A DNA stretch of 63,640 nt, filler included, from Reticulomyxa filosa (taxonomy: Eukaryota > Protista > Foraminifera), in assembly GCA_000512085.1 (NCBI GenBank). It is 15 parts of 15 records of this genome, joined end to end, with 100 filler letters (N's around TTAATTAATTAA, not from the genome) between each part and the next. Parts side by side here need not be neighbours in the genome. Positions count along the whole stretch, not along the records: positions 25,079 to 28,339 come from ASPP01025191.1; positions 28,440 to 33,096 come from ASPP01040193.1; positions 33,197 to 38,200 come from ASPP01013114.1; 12 more parts are not named here. One strand, 5' to 3'. The translations under genes and the position numbers were made by a program. The notes beneath the pieces were generated by a model that was given only the letters and a program-made list of their open reading frames with translations, made no database searches and had not been told where the DNA came from. How positions within the stretch are numbered: position 1 is the first letter of the stretch; the number at the start of each line of letters is the position of its first letter. Of the stretch, positions 24,979-37,844 are shown in pieces.

Positions 24979-25078
24979 NNNNNNNNNNNNNNNNNNNNNN
25001 NNNNNNNNNNNNNNNNNNNNNNTTAATTAATTAANNNNNNNNNNNNNNNNNNNNNNNNNNNNNNNNNNNNNNNNNNNN
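24979..25078. other. Artificial contig spacer
   Basis: N44-TTAATTAATTAA-N44. Confidence 0.98.
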
Positions 25079-26422
25079 ATCGAATATTGGACAATGGAAG
25101 AGTTTAAACACAATTTTTTTTTTTTTTTTATTTGTTATTTCTTAAACAAGAACAACGACAAAAGTGTTTTGTTTCTTCTCGTGCGAGCAAAATAGAGTGA
25201 GAAAATGTATTGAAGCAAGAATAGAAGAAATAAGAGAGAATTTAGGAAGTAAAAGGCTCACAGGAATGATCTGGAAAAAAGCATTTGAAACGGATTCGTG
25301 TGAGTATGCATATCAATTGATTACAAATCCAACACAGGTGTATTATGAAAATTTTGACAGAGAATTTGACGACAATGTATCACATTTAAAGGAACAACCA
25401 GTGTTCGGTGGTAAGACAATCTCAAAACATGTCCAAAAGTTAAGTTTTCATTTTTTTTTTTTTTTGCAGCAAGTTATTACAGAAAATTTTGTGTGTTTTT
25501 TTTTTCCCGTTGATATAGCATATTGTGTAGTCGAATTCAACAGATATTGGACCTTACTTCGAATTGGAAGCCACATTCCAGCCAAACCGATTCAAAAGAT
25601 GCTGAGCAAAACAAAGTAACGCTTGGAGACTATTGTGTTAAGTATAGACTTTCTTAATTTTTGAAAAAAAACTTAACATTAATCTCAAACAAAATAAACA
25701 GGATCTTCTCAAAGATTGTTGTTTACAAGTTGCAATAGGAAGTTGGCCGATTTCTTTAATATTTTTATTTTATTCATAAACGACACTAATTTTTCACTTA
25801 CACTATCTTTGTACAGCAACTCAATTTATTTGTCGAGTGGATATTTTCAAAAATCGTGTTTCAAATGAATTGAACGCTTATCTAAATAAACCCTATGTTC
25901 CAAAGTTGGATGAGGTGCTTAAAAAGATTCTCAACGATATTAAAAATACAATGCGAAGTACATGTTTGGGCTGTATGGAAGTTTTGATAATCTTTTTTTT
26001 TACAAAGTTTTTCGTGATTATTCTTCTTTTTTTCGTTTTGGTTATAGATGTGCCCAATGTGTGGAGTCAAGTGTGAAAACTCAGACCCGAAACATACAAA
26101 CAGCCATCACAGTAGGATGCATTTTATATGTGCATTTAGAGGATGCCATAAACGTGAAAGCAAGGTACTGTATCCTGACATTTGTTCCTCTCAAACTAAT
26201 GTTAACTCAGTGTGGAAAAAGGAAAGACTGCCTTGGGGAACGTTCTTGGCAAAAGACCATCCCAGGTGGAGTCCAATAGAGTACTCAGGGGAACATTGGA
26301 ACTTACATTTAGCTGAGTGCATGAGAGATACATTTTTTAATAAGGGATTGCAGGAAAAATTATTAGAAACAACTTTAAAGGGATATGTCAAGGTTAGTGT
26401 AACTAATTTGAACCCGATTTAA
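25079..26422 (+). CDS. C-terminal exons of a GVIN1/URGCP (very large inducible GTPase)-like protein, 5' partial
   Basis: Spliced GCME|MCPMCGVKCENSDPKHTNSHHSRMH...G...PDICSS...LPW...HPRWSPI matches the CxxxCPxCxxxC-x6-H-x3-H-x4-H...DIC.S...W pattern of the VLIG C-terminus. Confidence 0.65.
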
Positions 26423-27901
26423 GGTGGTTTATAAGTATAATCGTTTTTAACACTCTCAATTAAAACCTAATTAATTCAAATTTCATCTGTGATTTTGAAA
26501 TATCCGATGTTAAATTATATCGCCAAAACGTTACTAAAATTAACCCTTAGAACTATTAAACTTTCCTAATAAAAATGAAACACCGTTGTTCTGTCTAATA
26601 CTTATTCTCACTTTTAAATGTAATTACATTTAATTATGTGTGTATATTCACAAGAGATTATAAAATTTTTTTTTAGGAAAGACAATTGATGTGATAACAA
26701 TTGAGTTGTGAACTAAGTAAATCAGCCAATTTGAAAAAGACACAAGATAGTATCAGAATTTTGAAAATCGTTTTGATTAAAAAATGCAAAACAATAAAAT
26801 ACAAGTTAACTGCCATTCTTGATATCATTAAATGACTAAAGTAATTGGCAATACTTAATTTTAATGATACAATTATCTCTTCTTTCAATTGTGATACAAG
26901 TCTTTTGAAATTAAATTTCAAAAATTGACTGTAGTTTTTTAACATCTGAAATATTGTAATGTTCAAAAATAATTTGACTTTTTGTAAGTGTCCCAAAAAA
27001 ATGTTTGTCTTTTGTTCTAAAACAGAAAGAAAGTTGTTCGTTTTTTCTTTAATTAAGATTTTTTTTATGCAAGTGCTTTTGTTTGGAACACATTTGCCTT
27101 GAGTTTTTACCTCTGATAAAACTCAAGTATACACCGTTCCTGCATAAATACGTCATTGCACATTGAAAAAAGGCTTCATTTTATTCTTTTTTATCTTATA
27201 TGACATACATTTTTCAAAACAAGTGTTTTGCGATTAAAATATTTATTTTGTTCATATTCTTGAAGTTCAGTCTTACATAAAGTACTATTTTTCATATTTC
27301 AAAAATGTATAAGTTGAATTGTATTTGATATCATTTGTCAAATATTCCCATTTCCAAAGTACTCTCTTAATTTTCTATTTCTGAATGCCGTTTGTTTTTG
27401 TATCAGGATCTTTTATAAACATCTGACGATGTCAAGTTTGAGCAGAAGGGATGAATTGACTTCAAAAAGTTAAAAAAATAACCAAAGAGAGACACCTTTT
27501 TGGTTTCAAAACTATGGGTGTATGAGGGAGAAAAACAACACCAAAAGCAAGAAGTGCATGAGGCATCAGCTTTGAGAAAAAAAGTACAAAAAAAATATTC
27601 AATCTGAATAAAACAAAAACCCCTCAAATACAATCTATAAAAATCCATGCTATTCTTGGAAAAAAAAAAGTAATTAAGGAGTACAACTATCCACAACAAA
27701 AAACAAAAATAAAGACAAACGATCAGGCGATGCCTTATGTCTTTGCATTTTGTATGTAAGGTGTAATTATTTTTCACGTTTCAATCACTTTTTACTTGGA
27801 AAGAAGAGAAAAAGAGGAAGCAAAAAAAAAAATAAAAAGGCCAAAGGCGCACATACAGAGATCAAATGATGATCAGTCACTTGCGAATTTGAGTGGGATG
27901 C

Positions 27902-28158
27902 TCATATAGTCTGTTTTGTGTTGTCTATCACGGAACGAAGCTTGTCGTGGACGAGGGCAGCACGACAGCAAAGATGGTGTTTGGTTCGAACAAGATACAC
28001 GCAAATGCCAACAATGAACAAGAGCATTAGCACAAAGGCGACAGAGAACACAACCACAACCACAGTGTCAGATATGCCACTATCGCTGGACTTGTCAACG
28101 GACGTCGTGCTGATGCTCGTGCTGGTGGGATAGAAGCAAGTATGATTCCAAAGGCCGT
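27902..28158 (-). CDS. Terminal exon of a type I membrane protein (S/T linker, TM helix, short tail)
   Basis: TAG acceptor at 28159-28160; GLWNHTCFYPTSTSISTT...DTVVVVVFSVAFVLMLLFIVGICVYLVRTKHH...QTI*. Confidence 0.7.
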
Positions 28159-28303
28159 CTAAAAAAAAAATAAATAAATTATTCTTTCAATCTTTATTTT
28201 AAAAAAAAAAAAAAATTTTTTTTTTTTAAAAATAGTGTATACGTATACAAAAAAAAAAAAAAAAAAAAAAGGGATCACTATTGCACTTTTGAAATGATTT
28301 AAC

Positions 28304-28339
<36 letters not shown>

Positions 28340-28439
28340 NNNNNNNNNNNNNNNNNNNNNNNNNNNNNNNNNNNNNNNNNNNNTTAATTAATTAANNNNN
28401 NNNNNNNNNNNNNNNNNNNNNNNNNNNNNNNNNNNNNNN
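28340..28439. other. Artificial contig spacer
   Basis: N44-TTAATTAATTAA-N44. Confidence 0.98.
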
Positions 28440-29178
28440 AACTGGATGTCAACATAAAAGAAGTAGATGCTTGGATAGAGACAGTATAATTTGACCAATA
28501 TGTTTTGAATTAATTTTTTTGAAAAAAATGTGGTGAAAACGTTTAAAGCTGTACTAAATAAAATAATGAAATGTTTATATGATGTTTGAAACTGTTAAAC
28601 TTTAAAAACAAATAGCTCAAACAAAATAAAGTTGTATTTTGTCAATTTATGTAGACATTGAGCAATCAACCATGCATTCCGTTGATTGAAGATTTATTCA
28701 AATGTATTGTCATAACCTCAAGTGTTTTGTTTTTTTAGGTGTAAGTGTGAGAAGATTAGTAGGTGTTGTTTTTTTTAAAATTTTGAATTTCTCTTTTTTG
28801 AAAATAAAGGGGACACTAATCCAATCATTACATAAAATCCATTAATAATTGTTTGCATTTTTTTTTTTGTTAAAGAGTGTCGAACGCAAAAATTTTTTGT
28901 TTGTATTAAAAAAATAAAAAAAGTGGTTAACAAACTCTAAATGAAATGTCTTTTTTTAAAAAAAAAAAAAATATGAAGTTATTGATTTTGACTTGAATAA
29001 TTGAATTATCAGGACGACAAAATAAAGGATGATTTTTTTTTTTGAATAAATCAAAAACCAAAAAAAAAATGATCGATAGCTGAATGGCGCCTTAAGCTCA
29101 AATGAATAAAAAAAATAAATTGGGAAAATGAATGTAAGCAAAGATAAAACGAGTTATGAGATAAAAAGAGTTATTTAT

Positions 29179-30396
29179 TCATGAAACAGACAAATATTTA
29201 TGAATATATTCTTGTCGAGATAATAACTCCCAATTTCCATCTCCAGAAATATATAGAACACGATGATGATATTTTAATAATGATTGTCTATGACCAATAC
29301 TAACAAAGGTGATATTACTTTTAGATAATTGTTCATAGATAATATTTTCATTCAATTCATCTAAAGCACTGGTACATTCATCCAAGAATGCTAATTTTGG
29401 TTTATGCCATAGAATTCTTGCTGAATATTATTTATTTATGTGTGTATAAGAAATAGAAGAAAAAATATATATATGTATATATATGTATATGTATATGTAT
29501 ATATAATTAAACCAATAGCTAATCTCTGCTGTTCACCCACACTAAGAACTTTGCTCCAATCACATAATTTTTGTGGTTGATTTTCTGAAATTTGAAAATT
29601 ACGATTAGATTGATTTGAAATATTAATAAAAGGAGGTAATAAATGTAATAAATTGACTTTTTCTATTATTTCATATAATTGTTTATCAGTCATCCATTCT
29701 TCTTCAAGTTGATTGGAATTATCTTGTTGAGATTGTATAATATTATTGGAAGAATGATCATCTCCATATAAAATATTTTGAAAATTTATTAAAATTGCAC
29801 TTTTATCATATTTATTAGTATAACGACGATGATGATGATGATGAGTAGTGGTATCTAAGCATTCATCTTGTAAGTTATTTTCATTACTATTAATATTACT
29901 ATTACTATTATTATTGCTATTATTATTGATATTGCAAAATTTAGGAAACAGCACCTGTTGCTTCAATGAATGAATAATACCAATACTATTTTGATAATTT
30001 TTTTTATTCTTATTATTCTCATCAAAAAATGAAGATGATGTCCCATTATCATCACGATTATAATAATAATGATCTCCACTAATAGTCTCTCCAAATACTA
30101 ATGGTAAATAAGGCTTTTGTGTTAGAAACATGATTTGATTTGTAATTGTGTGATTATCAATATCCATATATATATCACCATAACCATATCTCCATAATCC
30201 TGCAATAACTTTCATTAATGTAGATTTTCCTGCTCCAGATTGTCCAACAATCAATGTATGCTCATTTTCATATACATTTAGATATAATCCTTTTAGTAGC
30301 AGAAGAGATGATTTGGAATTTGTATTTAACTTTTGGGAATGATTTGGATTATTATTTGGATATGCAATACATACATTTTCTAATCGTAATAGTAAA

Positions 30397-30432
<36 letters not shown>

Positions 30433-32159
30433 AATCGTTGTATTTGTTGTTCATTTTTAATTAATATTCGATGATGTCTTATTCGATAATTATTCCAATC
30501 TAATTTTTCTGTTTGTTTTGAATAAGATATCAAATTTTCATTTTCTAAATCTTTTCCTATTTGTATTATTTCTTCTTGATTTTGATTATTATTATTAACA
30601 TTATTTTGAATTTCAATATTAATAGTATTTTCATTAATAAAAGAATTTAAATTAGATTCTTTTAAAGCTTGTAATAATTCAAAAACACGTTGACTTGAAT
30701 TTCCAATTTGAACAATACGTAACATTTGTCCACATAATTCAGTAACAACTGCAATCATTTGAACAAATGCTAATTGTACTTGAGTAATACTTCCAAAAGA
30801 AATATCTTGTTCAATAAAAGCTTTCCATAATAAAAAAAAAGGAATTAACATAAATATATATTTCATTAAATGTAATAATGTTTTCATTCCAATATAATAT
30901 ACAGCAACATTTTGAATAGCACGAATAACATTATTCATTCTATTTAATGAAATATATTTCTCAAATTTGTTTGTACATTAGCTAATGCAATTATTTCACT
31001 ATATTCTCCAGTTCTTAAAATATGTGATGTAAAATCATATTCATGCATAAATGCACGATATGAATGCCACGACATTCCAGAAGCAAATAACCAAATATTT
31101 ATAAATAAAATACCAAAAATTATTAAATACATAACACCCATTGATAATACTTGCATTTGATATAATATTAATGACCAACCAAATAATTGTGCAGAAGCAT
31201 TCATTAATATTGATAAAAGTTCATTTAAACCCCAACATAGTTCATTTCTGTTTTTTATTATATACATAATATTATTTAAAAAAGGGGGAATATACATATT
31301 TGTATACATATATTTTTTAAAAAAAACAACTCAACACATCCATACACAATCTTTGACCACAATTATCAATTATTAATTCATTATGATCTTTATTTAAAGA
31401 ATATGATTTATTCATATTTTGATTTAAATAATAAAAAGCTTGTTTATCATAATACATTTGTAATAATACTTTAGTCACTGATTCACGTAATCTAATTAAT
31501 TAGATTATATGATATATACATATGTATGATATATACATATATACATATATATAACACATATATCATATATAATACATATATCATATAACTCATATAACAC
31601 ACATATCATATATAATCCAAAACTGAATATAAAATAATGCATGACTTGTATTATCAAAAATAACCACTGGAAATGCTATTAATGCAATAATTGATACTAC
31701 TATTGACCAATAATAAAATCCATTCACATCTTTTTTCATTATAGAATTACTTAAATATTTTATTGGATATGTTACTACTATTTCAAGAGATTGTAAACAT
31801 AAAATTGTTAACATTTTACAAAACATTGATTTCTTAATTAATCTCCAATGATGTGGTGACATCTTTGGTACTATATCTGAAAATAGATTATAAGTATACC
31901 ACATTACTGATGAAATACCTACTGTTGATTCATTCAATTGTTTCCATCCTTTTGTACAACAATTTTTTGAATTATTCACACTTCTTCCAATTTTCATATC
32001 ATTAACTAATTCTGATTTGGTCTTCGAGTCTGTGACAGTGCTCTCTGAAGCGTAAGAGGAGGAGGAGGAAGTCAAACCATCAACTCCAGTTTCTTGTCCA
32101 GAAACAGAGTAGGTCTTACGAGAACGAAAACCAGTTCCTGACCACAACAATCGCAGCAT
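29179..32159 (-). CDS. ABC transporter family D half-transporter (ABCD-like)
   Basis: TM domain with IDNCGQRLCMDV and EAA-like SEIIALA; Walker A GQSGAGKST; Q-loop FLTQKPY; signature LSVGEQQRLA; Walker B LDECTSALD; H-loop SIGHR. Three introns and one frame break at ~30965. Confidence 0.9.
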
Positions 32160-32754
32160 CTTTTAAGCCACAACAAAAAGAATTAAGGAAAAGTTCATTT
32201 ACATATCTTTCACCCCTTTGCCAGCTCTTTGTTTGTCCTTACGTGTTAAGAGTATGAAATGACTAAGGATAGGCACCAGATGATAAAATATAAGATAGGA
32301 AAATGTTAAACGTTATAAAGTATTAATTCCTTAAGGAAAGGAAAAGCATGGTAACATAGCACATTTTGTTTTCATATATTGTGCGCAATACAATTCCTTT
32401 ATATTTAACTGCTAACAAAAGAATGAGTATTTATTTTTAATCACTTTCAGCTTACATTTATTTAACATATAAGAAATTACATATATTAGTTATGCTACAA
32501 ACCACGTTTGATAGACAAACACATGTAAAATTTTTCCTGACTTAAGTTACAAGCTTTTGTCTTTATTTCAGATAAGCCCGATACAAGTACAAATCGGTTT
32601 TTTAACATATTTGAAATTATCATTAAAAATATTTAAAGACAAAAAAGTTGGTGGCTCCACTAAATTTTGCACGTTGACACCTGAGCGAACTACTCTTTGA
32701 ATTTTTTATTTTGTTCCCCTTTTTTGGAGAAATTTGTGCATATCTCTCCATCTG

Positions 32755-33096
32755 ATGACAGCAACAGCAATAACCTTTCGCATTCGAATAGTGCTTCCTG
32801 ACGGCACCCTGATTCAAAGAACGAGTTTGGGAACAGATACCTTTGGAAAAATTCGTGATTTTTTGTGGATCCGTCAGAAAGATGCGTTTGAAGGTGAACA
32901 AAACGTCCCTCGTTTTCGACTTGCAACTGCGCCATTATACTTCCAAGAGAGCGACACTATGTAAATTAAGAAAAAAAAAAGAAAAGAAAGGCAATATAAG
33001 ACTTTGCCACTTTTATCAACAAGATGAAGGGGGGAAACAAAACAATTTTTTTTTTTAAAAAAGTAGATGATTTAGTCCGAGTGTATCACGTGTTTG
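32755..33096 (+). CDS. UBX/ubiquitin-like domain protein, 3' truncated
   Basis: FRIRIVLPDGTLIQRTSLGTDTFGKIRDFL...FRLATAP matches the UBX consensus RIQIRLPDG...F...DTL..V.DF...F.L...P. Confidence 0.7.
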
Positions 33097-33196
33097 NNNN
33101 NNNNNNNNNNNNNNNNNNNNNNNNNNNNNNNNNNNNNNNNTTAATTAATTAANNNNNNNNNNNNNNNNNNNNNNNNNNNNNNNNNNNNNNNNNNNN
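33097..33196. other. Artificial contig spacer
   Basis: N44-TTAATTAATTAA-N44. Confidence 0.98.
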
Positions 33197-33198
<2 letters not shown>

Positions 33199-33236
<38 letters not shown>

Positions 33237-34263
33237 TATTCGTGGATCCAATTCTTCTTCTTCAACTACTTCAATTACATCGACCTCCATATCTACGACT
33301 GCAACTAGTGATGGCAATGCATCAACACCCTCGCGTGCGCATGTGGTTGCGCCGACAACCACCGAGCCGGTGGTGTATACTGCTCCTTCTTCAATGCATC
33401 CATACGAGGGCACCGCCAAAGGCGCCGTGGTGGTCAGCGACGCCGACTTTGGCGGCACGGCGCAACTGCAAGCGGCACATAGCCACAAACTGGCGCAGGT
33501 GAACATGCCGCACGAACTGATGATGTGGTCCCCTCAAGACGCCAAACATATGGACTCCACTGTTGTTGGACTCCATTCTCATCCTCCTCATCCTCCTCCC
33601 AATTCTGGAGCCAGTTGGTGGGTACCCGAATTGAGCTCCTCACAACCACTTCACACACATGACAATGATGAAAATCATCTCCTTCGAGGAGGAGGAGGAG
33701 GAGGTGGAAGTGGAGGTGGAGGTGGAGGTGGAGGTGGAGGCGGAAGCGCAAGTGTAGGAATAGCAACTGGAGCAGAACATTCACAAGAACAAATGTATAC
33801 TGCACATGTGGTGAAGTCGTCGCTATTAGGTTTTCTAGATAAACATAGCATGATCATATTACGGGACGGCACATGCTATGTTGGGATTGTTCGCACATTT
33901 GATCAGTTTGGCAACATTGCTTTGGAAAACACTTTGTGTCGACATTATTTGGGAAAGAAGGTGTTCGAACAGTTTGTCGGCGTCTTGATTATCCGTGGTG
34001 ATAATATTGTCTTCATTGCCGAAATGGATGCTAACAAAGAAGATATTCTCATACGTATTGATCGCAAAGAGTATGACAAACTGTCGGCCGAATTGGCAAA
34101 AAAAAGAGATCGCACCATGCTGAAGTATTATGGAAAATGGAGGTATCGTGAAGTCGTTTTCTTAAGAGAGGGATCCGGCACTGGAGGTGGATCTTATCCC
34201 TTCAAGGCTGAAGAAGATTTTGCTCAATTGTTCAGTTGGAACTTGACAATGTATCATGATTAA
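33199..34263 (+). CDS. LSM1: LSm1-like Sm-fold protein with long low-complexity N-terminal region, 5' partial
   Basis: SSLLGFLDKHSMIILRDGTCYVGIVRTFDQFGNIALENT...HYLGKK...GVLIIRGDNIVFIAEMD plus a C-terminal helix, aligning to the LSm1 Sm1/Sm2 motifs. Confidence 0.8.
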
Positions 34264-35157
34264 ACAGCAATGAAATTTTTTATTTGTCTTGTTTTGGAAT
34301 TTTTTTGGTTTTGGCGTTTGTTTTTGCTTGCTTCTTTTATTTCTGTATGTTTTTTTTTTTGACATTGGGGGCAGAAAGCTCGAAGCAAAAAAAAAAGGGA
34401 AAAGAAAATATTGAACTTGAACAACAAAAGATCTTTCTAAATGAAATAACAACCCTCCAGCAAAAAAAAAACAAAAAATATGACACAACAAATATCGAAA
34501 GCTTTTTTGTTGTTATTTATTTAGAGCGCGTTTTGGTTTGCAGATCTTTTTTTTGTGTGTTTTCAAACTAAGTTTTGTGAAAATCAGAAAGCGTACTTTT
34601 TTCTCTTATATTTTTGTCACAAAACCAATATATTACGTGTCGCATGTGCAACTTGAGGGTCATACCTTTTTCGCATTGGATCTTGTTTCTAATTGGACAT
34701 GGCCATTCTCGCCATATTATTATTGGACAATAAAAAAAAAGCGAAAAGAAATAAAAGGAAGTGAGGAAAATGAAGCGTTAATGAATAGTTCGTGAAAGCC
34801 ATTCGCTCGTTTCAGTGCAAGAGTTTAAAAAAACACAAAAGTATAATATTTGCTACTTTATTAGTGTGTTAACATAGCAGCGAATTTAATTTCTCGCGCT
34901 ATTCATCGTCTATGGCCATTAAGCACACTTAATACTATTCGACTTGGAAAGCCAAGCGAAATTGTCTCATTTGAGAAGATTTTTTTGCATTTCTCACTTA
35001 ACACGCACACAAAAAGGGTAAAAAAAACAAATATTCAAAGCTGTTGAGAAGAAAAAAAGATCAATGCAAAGAATCAATTAGCACTTTCCCTGAGATGGTC
35101 AAAATACAAAAAAAAAAAAAAAAAAAAGTAAACAAAAGATAGAAAATAGCGGTTAGT

Positions 35158-36125
35158 TCAGAACTGAAAAGGTGCATGAAAATATTTTTCATAAATGCTT
35201 TTGGCCAGTTCTGACACATCAGAATCTTTAGAGTTATAATACCAATCTGCTAGCGTGTGGTTTGCTGTTGACTCTTTCATAATGTGAACAACATAATTGC
35301 TGTGCATCCAATATATCAACAACAAAATTATAATAGCTATAACATTATTCTTTTATGTGTACATATATGTATATGTAAACTGTGCAAAATTTCTGGATAT
35401 TTCATCGGTAATATCCTTGACTTGTGGGATTTGATACCTTTGCTGATAATATTCCAGAGTGAAAAGAGGTTGCTTGGTTTTTTTTTTGAAGCCAGTGTTT
35501 TGATTGTCCGAATCTGTTTGGTGTTCTTCACTTTCTCTGTCACGATTGAGCATTTCTTTTTCTTCTTCTTTTTTTCCAATATGACATTGTTGTTTTGCAT
35601 TTGCTCGCGATGGTGTTGCATGTTTTTTTGGTTTCTTTTTCCCTGCTTGGTGTTTGTTATCCTCGCCTTCTTGCTTTGCATCATCTCGATGATAGGTCTG
35701 TCCGTCTGTGCGTTCACTGGCATCTCTAGTGGACACTTTACTAGCGCTTTGTGGTGCCTTTGCATGCAAGTGAGGAGCGGCCATGCACCAAGTGCCAACA
35801 CGGACATTGCTGTGAGCTAGAGGACAAAACGAAAGTGAGAATTTACGATGACCCCTTTGCATGCCTCGTTTGTGGTGTTTTTTTGTGCGAAGTTTCTGGC
35901 GTTTTCTTGACCCAAGCGAACGTCGTACTTGGTCATGTAAGTGAGCGGTTTTCGATTGTAATTTGGCCATTTGATCCAACAGCATTTCATCTTCCTCTCC
36001 CTCTCCTTCTCTCCCTTCCTCTCCATCTCCCTCTTCTTCTTCCACTTCTGGCTCTGATTCCGGTTCGTCCTGATCGACAATGGTGAGTCGCTGTTCTCTT
36101 GGGAACATGACATGCTTCAGCGGAC

Positions 36126-36166
<41 letters not shown>

Positions 36167-37813
36167 ACTGACACTGACACTGGCACATGATATATCGTGG
36201 AGGCAATTCGTTTGGCCGATCGGGGCGGAGGAGGGGTCAAACTCATGCCAACGTATTTCCGTTTCTGGCTGCGATCGAAGCCTTGCAATTGACATCGTGC
36301 GTCTTTAGTCCAACTTTGGTCGCTATGCGTACGGGCATGTGATATTAACAACGGAGACGGAGACGGAGACGGAGATGGAGATGGAGATGGAGATGGAGAC
36401 GAAGATGATAAAGACGGTGACAAGAAAGAACAAGAACAAGAAGAGGATGCTGCTGATGAAAATGATGAAGATGAAGATGAAGATGAAGATGAAGATGAAG
36501 ATGAAGATGGATAGGAGGTAGAGAGATGCGCTTTGTAATAACGCTGAGGTTGAGTCTTCACCACGTGATAGTCGGCATCGGTCATAGCTTTGTTACCAAA
36601 CACCAAGAAACGAGGAGGAACGTGTGTTGGCATGTTCAAGCTGTCGTGTTTGTGGCTGTGCATGCGCACGTGCATGTGCGACGGAACCGAGGAGACATGA
36701 TTGCCACGGCTGTCCCCTACCGTCGTAATCGTTGTCGTTGTCGTTGTCGTTGTCGTAGTCGTTGTTGCTGTTGGCGGCGGCATGTAGTGCCGGACACGCT
36801 TGGACGCACTTGGAGATGTGCACGTCGCATAGTGGTCATTGCGCGCGTAGATGTCAATCGCGTTGAATAACGGCACTAAAGATGAAGGCCATGACGAAGA
36901 CAACGACGACGACGACGACGACGACGAAGAAGAAGAAGAAAAATCCAAAGAGGAAGGGATGGCATCCATAGGACGGTGATGAAGATGATTGGTGGCATTG
37001 ACACAAGACGAAGCAGTAATCGGTTGGCGATTGTCTATGTCACAAATCGGCGTCGAAGATGGTGGTAATTTCAAAGGATCGAAATGGTTATGGTTATTGT
37101 CATTGTTATTGTCATACTTATACTTATCTCTATTTTTATCTTTATCTTTATCTTTCTTTTTATTTTTGTCTTTGTGCTTATGTTGATGTTTGTGTTGATG
37201 TTTGTGAGTGTGGCGGAAATGAATGGGAACAGAAAATGATGGCGTATTGCCGCTGTAGTGGTAGAACATGGTGTGAGAGAAAGGAGAGGAGAGCGTAGGA
37301 GTTGGAGTGGGCATTGTAATGGGTGATGTCGAAGGCGTAGTGGGTGTGGAGGAAATGGATGTGGATGTGGATGTGGATGCAGATGCAGATGCAGATGCAG
37401 ATGTACATGCGAATGTAGATGTGGACATAGACATGGACGTGGGTGTAGACGTGGAAGTCGACGTCAATGCCGGCGTTGGTGGAGACGGCAAGCGAGGGAA
37501 CAACACATGGACATTCGCAAATTGCAGAAATTTTCCAATCCTTCCAACAACACCAATTGCAACTTCTTGTCGTTGGGAAAATGACACATTGCTTTTGCCA
37601 AGCCAATCGACGCATGTTTTGCTAAATAGCACAATTGCTCTGTCGTCCCGCCTGTGGTGGCATTGGACACCGCCCCTTTTTATTTATATATTTATTTACT
37701 TATCTATTTTTATTTCGAATTTTACGTCGTTTATCATTTCAATCATCATAACATAAATCTTGCACGTTTACATGCGCACATGCATATATATACATATATA
37801 CATATATACATAT

Positions 37814-37844
<31 letters not shown>

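Noticed and set aside
35284-37756. Many overlapping ORFs opposite or out of frame with the importin insert (likewise around the WD40 and PUF genes)
   Set aside because: Shadow ORFs from trinucleotide/hexanucleotide repeats and codon bias of the real gene.
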